The notes below the pieces were generated by a model. The model made no database searches. It was not told the origin of the DNA and was given only the letters and a program-made list of their open reading frames with translations. From Mucisphaera calidilacus (lineage in GTDB: Bacteria > Planctomycetota > Phycisphaerae > Phycisphaerales > Phycisphaeraceae): 32,000 bases of DNA. Positions 1 through 7,209 of the stretch are shown here, piece by piece. Numbering within the stretch: the stretch's first letter is position 1; each line of letters opens with the position of its first letter. Made by a program: the position numbers and the translations under genes. The DNA lies in the NCBI RefSeq assembly GCF_007748075.1, contig NZ_CP036280.1, positions 1,380,001 to 1,412,000 of the forward strand, read 5' to 3'.

Positions 1-1
1 T

Positions 2-352
2 ATCAGCGCTCTCGAGAAGACACGTGTCCAGAAGGCCGAACTCGAGGCCCAGATCGAGGCCCTCGACGCGCAGCACCGGCTGATCCAGGCTGCCTCCGTC
101 GGATCGGGCACGTCCATTGACCAGAGCAAGATCGCGCAGACTAACGATCTCATCAGCCAGATCCGCAAGCGTCTCGACGTCGCGGAGCGGACCCTTGCCC
201 GTGAAGGTGAGTTCATCACCGACCTCACAATCGAACCCGCCCCGAGGGTCGATGAGGCGTCCCTGCTCTCGGAGGTCGATGCTTATCTCGGCAACGATCA
301 ACTCGCCGTTGAGACACAGGCCGCGCCGGATCGCGGAACCGCAACCCCCTGA
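2..352 (+). CDS. C-terminal fragment of a coiled-coil protein (possibly PspA/IM30-like); 5' end lies outside the window
   Basis: Frame 2 is open from the window edge to TGA at 350-352. It translates to ISALEKTRVQKAELEAQIEALDAQHRLIQAAS...SKIAQTNDLISQIRKRLDVAERTLAREGEF...: charged, heptad-like, with GC-rich third positions. It is absent from the ORF track only because no start codon lies in the window. The overlapping listed ORF 117..836 is R/S/P-rich off-frame noise. The family assignment is weak. Confidence 0.45.
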   Translation: MSALEKTRVQKAELEAQIEALDAQHRLIQAASVGSGTSIDQSKIAQTNDLISQIRKRLDVAERTLAREGEFITDLTIEPAPRVDEASLLSEVDAYLGNDQLAVETQAAPDRGTATP

Positions 353-360
353 CCCGCGTA
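335..360 (+). promoter_or_regulatory. Candidate ECF-sigma-type promoter (GGAAC-N17-CGT) upstream of the kinase/sigma cassette
   Basis: GGAAC at 335-339, a 17-nt spacer, then CGTA at 357-360. This sits about 65 nt upstream of the GTG start at 425 and matches the generic ECF -35 GGAAC / -10 CGT architecture. It is a motif match only. Confidence 0.25.
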
Positions 361-424
361 CCTGTCACCATTGTCTTCCTGAACGTAGAATCGCCCCCGG
401 ACCCGGCTCGGGTGGAGGTGCAAC

Positions 425-1945
425 GTGCTCCTGCTCCAATTCAAACGAGCCGAGGCAGCCCTTGCTGGCGGGCGACTCGATGAAGCCTGGCGTATCGCCA
501 GCAAGCCCAGGGTCAGAGCGCATCGCAGGGGCCAGGCCCTCATCCAGAATCTCCTCGCCGCCTGGACACGGCGGGGCAACGAGCATCTCGATCACGGCCG
601 GCTCGACCAGGCCATGCAGGACTACCGCAGAGCCGCCGGCATCGAGCCCAACGATCGGAATGTTGCCTCACTCGGACAGAAGCTCAGGCAGGCACTGGAC
701 AGCCATGAACGCCATCGTCAGCGCAAGGACCACGCCCTTCAGCACGTCGCCGATCGGATCGCCTCCGGATCATGGTCGGCCGCGCGGCATGCGCTCAACA
801 ATCTGTCCGGTACCCAAAACGGTACCCCTTCCCTGATGAACGACCTCGACCGCCGAGAGAGCAGCTTGCGACGACAGACCGAGGCGGCTGCCGCCGCACT
901 CGAGACCCGGGATTGGGCTCGGGTCGCAGCACTCTTGGTTCAGGCACGCTCGATCCGATCCACAGACAGCACCGTCGAGCAACTCCGCCGGCGGCTGATT
1001 GATGAGGCGGGTGAGCAACTCAGGGAGGCCTATCTCGGTGCAAGACTCGCAGAGGCAGAACCCCTCGCCGCGACGCTTCAGCCGCTGATCCACACCACCG
1101 ACCGTCCCGGGCCGATCATCACCTCGCTCGGTGCCTTGACCGAGACACGCGACGCGCTGGCCACCGGCGACCTCGAACGCGCAGCACGACACGCCGGCCG
1201 CGCCGCCTCGCTCGTTCCCGAGGCCCAGTGGACACGTCAGCTCACCAGTGATCTCCAGCAGGCGCTCGATACCCTGCGCGACGCGCTGAACGGGCCGCTC
1301 GCCGCACTCACCACAACCTCCAGCGACCATCCCGCCGACGTCGATACCGCCACACTTATGAGTCCCGCGCCAACCCCCAGGCCAACGCCGGCTCCGGAAC
1401 CCGCCGCCCGGCAGCACGAGATCCTCTGCATTGATGGCGTGGGATCCTTCCTTCTCTGTCACGGCAGCAGCGTCAGCATCGGCCCGGCCGCCAGCGAGCA
1501 CCATGACATTCCCTTGCTGACCGATCCCTCCGCCACCGCCATGACCATCCAACGCGAGGAGGAGGGGTACACCCTCCGCAGCGACAGTCAGATACAGGTT
1601 CTCCGGCACGACCAGCGGATCTCGTTACCCCCCAACAACCGCATCCGCTTCTGCCAGCCTCATCCCGCCAGCGGCAGCGCTGTTGTGGAGATTGTCCGGG
1701 GACGCATCGCGAACACCGATGCACGACACGCCATCCTGCTCGATCATCAGTTCGTCATCGGAGCGGGGCCGCAGGCACACGTCCGCGTCGACACACTCGA
1801 CCCCTCCATCGTCGTCTACCTGAGACCCGATGGGCTCTGGGCACGGCCCGCCGGCAGCGACCAGCAGGCCGCCGTCCAACTCAACCTCGACCAGTCCGTC
1901 TCCGTCAACGGACTCCGGATGCGACGCGAACGACTCACGCCCTGA
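425..1945 (+). CDS. TPR-like N-terminal / tandem degenerate FHA-like C-terminal domain protein
   Basis: 506-aa ORF with a GTG start preceded by GGAGG at about 413-417. The N-terminus is helical-repeat-like (GRLDEAWRIA..., GRLDQAMQDYRRAAGIEPND). A Pro-rich linker (SPAPTPRPTPAPEP) follows. The C-terminus has two segments with FHA-like beta patterning (SVSIGPAASEHHDIPLLTDPSATAMTIQREEEGYTLRS and FVIGAGPQAHVRVDTLDPSIVVYLRPDG...VSVNGLRM), but the canonical GR/SxxH residues are not evident. It lies immediately upstream (25 bp) of a Ser/Thr kinase. Confidence 0.7.
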   Translation: MLLLQFKRAEAALAGGRLDEAWRIASKPRVRAHRRGQALIQNLLAAWTRRGNEHLDHGRLDQAMQDYRRAAGIEPNDRNVASLGQKLRQALDSHERHRQRKDHALQHVADRIASGSWSAARHALNNLSGTQNGTPSLMNDLDRRESSLRRQTEAAAAALETRDWARVAALLVQARSIRSTDSTVEQLRRRLIDEAGEQLREAYLGARLAEAEPLAATLQPLIHTTDRPGPIITSLGALTETRDALATGDLERAARHAGRAASLVPEAQWTRQLTSDLQQALDTLRDALNGPLAALTTTSSDHPADVDTATLMSPAPTPRPTPAPEPAARQHEILCIDGVGSFLLCHGSSVSIGPAASEHHDIPLLTDPSATAMTIQREEEGYTLRSDSQIQVLRHDQRISLPPNNRIRFCQPHPASGSAVVEIVRGRIANTDARHAILLDHQFVIGAGPQAHVRVDTLDPSIVVYLRPDGLWARPAGSDQQAAVQLNLDQSVSVNGLRMRRERLTP

Positions 1946-1970
1946 GTGATAGCCAGGAGCAGGGACCGCG

Positions 1971-4610
1971 ATGAACACCACATCCCCACAAAAGGGCTAC
2001 CGGCACCAGGCCGGCGACCGACCGCTCGACGGTTACACCATCAAACGCGCCGCGGGACGCGGCGGCTTCGGCGAGGTCTATTTCGCAGTCTCCGACTCCG
2101 GGCGCGAGGTCGCGCTCAAGGCCGTCCAGGGCTTCGAGGACATCGAGCTCCGCGGCATTGCCCACTGCATGAACCTCAAGAGCCCGCACCTCGTCTCCAT
2201 CTTCGACGTTCGACGCAACGAGAACGGCGAACCCTTTGTCATCATGGAGTACGTCGGCGGTCCCTCTCTACGCCGACTCATTGACGAGAGCCCTTCCGGA
2301 CTCGGTGAGCAGAAAACCGCCTTCTTCCTCCGTGAGATCGCCAAGGGGCTTTCATATCTCCACGACTGCGGAATCGTTCACCGCGATCTCAAGCCAGCCA
2401 ACATCTTCTACGACGAGGGGTACGTGAAGATCGGTGATTACGGCCTGTCCAAGGCCATGTCCGCCTCACCCCAGCAGAGCCAGACCATCACCGTGGGCAC
2501 CGTCCATTACATGGCCCCCGAGATCGGCGGCGGGCGATACGACCGCTCCATCGACATCTACGCCCTCGGCGTCCTTGTCTACGAGTTGCTGACCGGGCAG
2601 GTCCCGTTCTTTGGCGGGTCACCGGCGGAGGTGCTCATGAAGCACCTCTCCACGAACGTCGACACAACCCAACTCCCCGCCCCGTTTGACCGTGTCGTCG
2701 CCAAGGCGATGGCCAAGGACCCCGCCGACCGCTACGCCTCGGTCCGTGAGATGGTCGAGGACGTCTTCGGTGCCCAGCACATCCGAGAGTCCGTCGCTGA
2801 CTTCGGGGCTGAGGACCTCACCGTCTATGCGCGACGAGCCGCCGACAAGATCAATGCCGCACCGCTCATTGACAATCTTCCGGACTCCGCCAACCCCGAA
2901 ACATGGCAGCCAGCCAAAGATCAGCCTGATCCTCGGCGATTCAACCAGACCGATCAGCAGCCGCCGAGTCCTCAGCCACGCCCGATCCTTGCCGATCCGA
3001 CGCGTGACAATCTCAGCCACGGCCAGCGGCTGTTCCTCTGCGTGATGACCCTCCTGACCGTTGCTGCGGGATCGCTCTACATCAGCGCGATCGGTGAAGG
3101 CTGGTTCAATCTCCCCGAACTTATGGGGATCGGCCTGATCATCGCCGGCGTTGCGGCCACGCATGTCATGGGTCTGTTCATCGCACGATCATGGTTCGGC
3201 CAGCGACTCGATGATGCCCCCGTCCTTCAACGCATCGCCTACGCCACCACCGCAGCACTCACCTCGGCGCTCTTCGTCCTCCCCATCCTCCTGATCGCGG
3301 GCGATGCCGACGACCCGGGTGTCTCGGCGATAGCCATGCTCTGGCTGACATGCCTTATTCCCGTCCTGACGCTTGACGTGCATCGTTCGCTCGAACTCGC
3401 CAGACCGTCACGCGTCTCCATCATCAGGGCGGCCCTTGCTGCGCTTGTCGTCGGACTTCCCATGGCCGTCCTCACCTCTGGCAGCGCCGCCACCATGATC
3501 TTCGCTGCCATGGCCGCGGCCATCAGCCTCGCCGCGCAGATCATGGCCGCCTACGACCCCGTCGCCTCCAGGAACACGCACCCGCTGACCGCTGCCGAGC
3601 GAGCCGCACGCGATGAGCAGGAGAAGATGACACCCGAACTCCGTCTGCAGGCCCAGAAGCGTTCAGAAGAAATCCGCAAGCGAGCCCGGGAAGAATCCGC
3701 CCGGGAAACCGCAGAGCAGGCCAAAGCCGACGCTGAGATTGATCCCTCAACCTCGCCTCGCATGCGCACGATTGCGCTGATACTCGTCGCCACGCCCATG
3801 ATGGGCATCCCCATCTTCGGGCTCCACCGTTTCTACGCCGGCAAGATCGTGACGGGCATCATCTGGCTCCTCACCGGCGGGCTCTTTGGCATCGGTCAGT
3901 TCCTCGACGCCCTCTTCATCATCACCGGTCACTTCGAAGACGATCAGGAACGGCCGATCCGCACCTGGTGGGACGAGAGCCGGCAGCAACAGCACGAACA
4001 CCGCCCACGCCCAAAGCAGGTCCACCGCCGTCAGACCCCCGCATCGAGTTCCAGCTACTCCGACTATGTCGGTGGAGCCATCGCCGGAACCCTCGCCATC
4101 TTCGCCTACATCGCCCTCTTTGGCGCCGCCGCCATCACGGGGATTACCATCTTCGGCGGCCCCTACTTCCTCACCGCCGACGTTCCCGGACTCGGACTCG
4201 ATCAACTCGCTGTTGAACTGTTTGGCGAAGGCGATTGGCAGCCCGGATTCCTTCAAGCGCTTCAGCCCATCGCGATCGTTTTACTCTGCCTCGGCACCGC
4301 GTTGATGGTTCTCGCGCGACGTCGAGCGGGCATAGGGCACATGTTCCGTTCCCTCCTGGGCATCGGCATCCTCTCAGCCGCCGCCGTTGTCGGCTACGGG
4401 CTCTTTGACGCGGCGGGCGGTATCGAAGCCGTCTGGAATGCCGCCGCCGAGCAAGTCCAGCACGGCGCTATCCCCACCGCCTTCATCTCCGTTATGCAGG
4501 CCATGAACGTCGAACTTCTTTTCGTCGTGCAGATCCTCGTTCTCCTCGGCGTCCTGCTGCTCGCCTGGCCCGCTCGACGACGTAACACGACCACGGAGAC
4601 TCAGCCATGA
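1971..4610 (+). CDS. Polytopic membrane Ser/Thr protein kinase with an embedded TM2 domain
   Basis: The N-terminal Hanks kinase motifs are present: GRGGFGEVY (G-loop), VALK, HRDLKPANIF (catalytic loop), IGDYGLS (DFG-like), GTVHYMAPE (APE). AGGAG lies 11 nt upstream of the ATG. After a Pro/Gln-rich linker come multiple hydrophobic helices and a charged coiled segment (ERAARDEQEKMTPELRLQAQKRSEEIRKRAREE). Next is a TM2-domain-like block, IALILVATPMMGIPIFGLHRFYAGKIVTGIIWLLTGGLFGIGQFLDALFIITG (about nt 3759-3935), followed by further TM helices. Confidence 0.9.
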   Translation: MNTTSPQKGYRHQAGDRPLDGYTIKRAAGRGGFGEVYFAVSDSGREVALKAVQGFEDIELRGIAHCMNLKSPHLVSIFDVRRNENGEPFVIMEYVGGPSLRRLIDESPSGLGEQKTAFFLREIAKGLSYLHDCGIVHRDLKPANIFYDEGYVKIGDYGLSKAMSASPQQSQTITVGTVHYMAPEIGGGRYDRSIDIYALGVLVYELLTGQVPFFGGSPAEVLMKHLSTNVDTTQLPAPFDRVVAKAMAKDPADRYASVREMVEDVFGAQHIRESVADFGAEDLTVYARRAADKINAAPLIDNLPDSANPETWQPAKDQPDPRRFNQTDQQPPSPQPRPILADPTRDNLSHGQRLFLCVMTLLTVAAGSLYISAIGEGWFNLPELMGIGLIIAGVAATHVMGLFIARSWFGQRLDDAPVLQRIAYATTAALTSALFVLPILLIAGDADDPGVSAIAMLWLTCLIPVLTLDVHRSLELARPSRVSIIRAALAALVVGLPMAVLTSGSAATMIFAAMAAAISLAAQIMAAYDPVASRNTHPLTAAERAARDEQEKMTPELRLQAQKRSEEIRKRAREESARETAEQAKADAEIDPSTSPRMRTIALILVATPMMGIPIFGLHRFYAGKIVTGIIWLLTGGLFGIGQFLDALFIITGHFEDDQERPIRTWWDESRQQQHEHRPRPKQVHRRQTPASSSSYSDYVGGAIAGTLAIFAYIALFGAAAITGITIFGGPYFLTADVPGLGLDQLAVELFGEGDWQPGFLQALQPIAIVLLCLGTALMVLARRRAGIGHMFRSLLGIGILSAAAVVGYGLFDAAGGIEAVWNAAAEQVQHGAIPTAFISVMQAMNVELLFVVQILVLLGVLLLAWPARRRNTTTETQP

Positions 4611-5878
4611 CGCCCGTCATCTCCATCTTTGGCATCGTGTTCCTCTCGTTGCTGCTCGCAGGAACAGTCCTTGTCGTTGTGTTCGCCCTGATCGCGTTCG
4701 CAAGGTTCTTCGGCCCTCCGGCCCGACGGCCCGATGAGTCCGCAGCCCGAGAGGTCAACCCGAGGGTTTTCCTCGCAATCCTGTCGGTCGCAACGATCAT
4801 TTTCGTTGGCATCGGAGCCGCCGCCTTCATCGGCGACAACAGACAGAATGTCGCTACACCCACGCAGCCTCAGCCCTTCACCGCGGTGCTCCCCGCATCG
4901 ATCGAAGAAACAGTCCCTTCCGCCTGGGATCCGGTCATCAATGACACCGTCCTCCTTGATCCCTTCACTTCGCGTCAGGACGCCGTCGAATCCCTCGCCC
5001 TACGCCTTACAACCCTTATCGAGATCAACCCCACGGAGCAACCCGCCAGCTACCGGGTCGTCAGCTTCACCGATCACCTCGATCCCAGACACGCTACGGC
5101 ACAGAACGACACCGCGATTGCCTTTGCCAAAGCCTTTCAACGCATCAACCATGATTTCATCAGGGTTGAATTCACCCTCGCCCCACCAGCGCAAGCCGAT
5201 TCTGATCACATCATCCAGATCGTTACCGGTCGCCAAGAACAGACCGGCCTGAAGACCATCAGCCTCGCGATGAAGCACGAGCATGGCGTCATCGCGCTAT
5301 CGAATGAATGGACAGACGCGCCATGGTTCCTGCCCGATGGCGACATCCAGCAGTGTGGCCTGATCGAGCATCCAGATGGCACGACCACGCTCCACGGGAT
5401 CTACCGCACGCCACGCCTTGCAGCCACCAAGGCAGAGGCTCTTGACGAGGCGTTTGCCGCCGCTGCCGCCGATCTTGGGGATCGCTACGCCGCCAGCGAG
5501 AACACACGTAAGAACCTGCAACAGACCCTCCACCAACACCTTCATGACACGTCCGAAGCAATCAGCAATGTCCTGACCCAGACCATCTCCAGACACTACG
5601 GACAGGTCTACAGGACGGCCGTTGAGATCCATCTTGACCTGAACACGATCCTCGACGCCGCCACGCAACTCGAACAGCGCAACCTCGACAACGATCGCGA
5701 CGTCAAGTTCACCTGGTTCGCCGTCATCGCACTCGCAGGCGGCATCTTTCTCGTCTACATCCTGCTGAATATCGCCACGCAGGGGTACTTCGGCTACACG
5801 CTGACAAGTGTTACTTTCATCCTGATCGCGCTCGCGTTCGGACTCGCTCTCCTGCGCCACCTCCAGACCGTCCAGTGA
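4607..5878 (+). CDS. Hypothetical integral membrane protein (2 N-terminal + 2 C-terminal TM helices flanking a soluble domain of about 290 aa)
   Basis: 423-aa ORF whose ATG overlaps the kinase stop (ATGA at 4607-4610), implying translational coupling. Hydrophobic helices: VISIFGIVFLSLLLAGTVLVVVFALIAF, VFLAILSVATIIFVGIGAAAFIG, FTWFAVIALAGGIFLVYILLNIA and LTSVTFILIALAFGLALL. I recognise no family. Confidence 0.8.
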   Translation: MTPVISIFGIVFLSLLLAGTVLVVVFALIAFARFFGPPARRPDESAAREVNPRVFLAILSVATIIFVGIGAAAFIGDNRQNVATPTQPQPFTAVLPASIEETVPSAWDPVINDTVLLDPFTSRQDAVESLALRLTTLIEINPTEQPASYRVVSFTDHLDPRHATAQNDTAIAFAKAFQRINHDFIRVEFTLAPPAQADSDHIIQIVTGRQEQTGLKTISLAMKHEHGVIALSNEWTDAPWFLPDGDIQQCGLIEHPDGTTTLHGIYRTPRLAATKAEALDEAFAAAAADLGDRYAASENTRKNLQQTLHQHLHDTSEAISNVLTQTISRHYGQVYRTAVEIHLDLNTILDAATQLEQRNLDNDRDVKFTWFAVIALAGGIFLVYILLNIATQGYFGYTLTSVTFILIALAFGLALLRHLQTVQ

Positions 5879-5911
5879 TCAACGCCAGCAGGGGGGTGTT
5901 AGACTGCCCGG

Positions 5912-6808
5912 ATGGCCAAACTCAGTGACGCTGACCGTCAACTTCTCGAGGGTGTGCGAGCCAAGGATCCCGCAGCCTGGCAGCAGCTTGTCGACCGCTA
6001 CCACGGCCGTCTCATTGCCTTCGCACGACGACACGGACCACGTTCCACCGACGCCGAGGACGTTGTTCAGGAAGCCCTCATCAGCTTCCTGACCTCACTC
6101 GACGGCTATCGAGGCGACGCCAGCCTTGAAACCTACCTCTTCACAATCCTGCGCCGACGTCTGATCGACGCACGGCGATCCCGGCGTGTCCCCCTCTGCG
6201 AAGCCTCCATCCGCTCCGACGAGGACGGCAGTCCGATCGAACGCGCACCCGGCCCCGAAGAAACGGCCTCCTGGTATGCGCGACGTGACGAGAACCAGCA
6301 GCAACTCCGCGAAGCACTCGTCAGCGGCCTCGACAACCTCGTCCGGAAGTATCGAGACGCCCTCAATTTCCGCGACCTCATGATCGTCGAGGCGGTCTTC
6401 TATGCCCAGCTCAAGAACCGGGAGGTCGCCGAGCTGATCGAGGGCGCCTCCGCCTCCCACGTCGCTGTCATCAAGCACCGGGCCATCGACGCCATCCGGC
6501 AGTCCGTGACCGAGGCTTTAGGTGACAGCAGGGCGGCCGAGTCGATCGACGACGCGGGGGATCTCCTCACCGAGGTCTGGGAAGCCAGCCGACCTAGCTG
6601 TCCCAAGCGAAACACCCTCGGAGCCAATCTGCTCGGCACACTCGAACCCGAATGGTCCGCCTACATCACCTTCCACGTTGACGTTCTCGGCTGCTCCGCC
6701 TGTCGGGCCAACCGCGACGACCTCCAGCAGGCCACCGCCGACCCCGCCGCCTCCGTCATCCGCAACCGGATTCTTGAGAGCACCGTGGGATTCCTCTCCC
6801 GGCCCTGA
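5912..6808 (+). CDS. ECF-type RNA polymerase sigma-70 factor with C-terminal zinc-finger (zf-HC2/ZAS-like) anti-sigma-like extension
   Basis: Region 2: WQQLVDRYHGRLIAFARRH...DAEDVVQEALISFL...LETYLFTILRRRLIDARR. Region 4 HTH: LNFRDLMIVEAVFYAQLKNREVAELIEGASASHVAVIKHRAIDAIRQ. The extra tail of about 95 aa contains C230...H255-x5-C261-x2-C264 (SCPKRNTLGANLLGTLEPEWSAYITFHVDVLGCSACRANRDDL). This aligns position by position with the N-terminal zinc-binding domain of anti-sigma factors. No TM segment follows. Confidence 0.9.
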   Translation: MAKLSDADRQLLEGVRAKDPAAWQQLVDRYHGRLIAFARRHGPRSTDAEDVVQEALISFLTSLDGYRGDASLETYLFTILRRRLIDARRSRRVPLCEASIRSDEDGSPIERAPGPEETASWYARRDENQQQLREALVSGLDNLVRKYRDALNFRDLMIVEAVFYAQLKNREVAELIEGASASHVAVIKHRAIDAIRQSVTEALGDSRAAESIDDAGDLLTEVWEASRPSCPKRNTLGANLLGTLEPEWSAYITFHVDVLGCSACRANRDDLQQATADPAASVIRNRILESTVGFLSRP

Positions 6809-6848
6809 TCACCGTACTGAAGGTGAAATTCAGTTCTGGGACGCTATA

Positions 6849-6865
6849 CTGCGACTCAATCGCAG
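6849..6865 (+). promoter_or_regulatory. Short inverted repeat (CTGCGA-N5-TCGCAG) in the feoA upstream region; possible operator or 5'-UTR hairpin
   Basis: CTGCGA (6849-6854) and TCGCAG (6860-6865) are perfect reverse complements. A second 5-bp inverted repeat, GCTAT-N7-ATAGC, follows at about 6869-6885. Both lie between the sigma stop (6808) and the preferred feoA ATG (6901). No function has been demonstrated. Confidence 0.2.
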
Positions 6866-6900
6866 CGAGCTATGATGTCGATAGCCATACCGACACCAGA

Positions 6901-7209
6901 ATGGACCCTATCTTGAGAACGATCCAGCAACCGATCTCCCTCAACGCGCTCCCTCAGGGTGCCTGCGCCATCATCAAAGATGTCCAGGCAGGGCCCTTTG
7001 ACGCAGAACGTCTCAAGGCCATGGGGCTCTGTGAGGGGCGTCACGTCACCGTCCTCAAGCCCGGCCAGCCGATGATCATCGCCGTCATGGGCGTGCGTAT
7101 CGGTCTCGATCGCAACCTTGCCCGCTTTATCGACCTCGCCCCGGTCGAACACCCCCAGCCCTGCTGCATGGACCCCCTCGACGCCATCAACGAGGAGGCC
7201 TCGGCATGA
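6901..7209 (+). CDS. feoA: Ferrous iron transport protein A (FeoA)
   Basis: FeoA-like SH3 core: LNALPQGACAIIKDVQAGPFDAERLKAMGLCEGRHVTVLKPGQPMIIAVMGVRIGLDRNLARFIDL. I prefer the internal ATG at 6901 (102 aa) over the track's GTG at 6823, because FeoA proteins are small. The stop overlaps the feoB start (ATGA). Confidence 0.85.
   Translation: MDPILRTIQQPISLNALPQGACAIIKDVQAGPFDAERLKAMGLCEGRHVTVLKPGQPMIIAVMGVRIGLDRNLARFIDLAPVEHPQPCCMDPLDAINEEASA

Noticed and set aside
117-836. 239-aa plus-strand ORF spanning the first intergenic region
   Set aside because: It is off-frame relative to both the coiled-coil fragment (frame 2, stop at 350-352) and the 425..1945 gene. Its R/S/P-rich, low-complexity translation is typical of alternative frames in high-GC DNA.
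6823-6900. GTG-initiated 26-residue N-terminal extension of FeoA, and a possible Fur box in the same stretch
   Set aside because: FeoA proteins are small and the homology starts after the ATG at 6901. I tried to align the 19-bp Fur consensus (GATAATGATAATCATTATC) to gctatgatgtcgatagcc and found too few matches to call.
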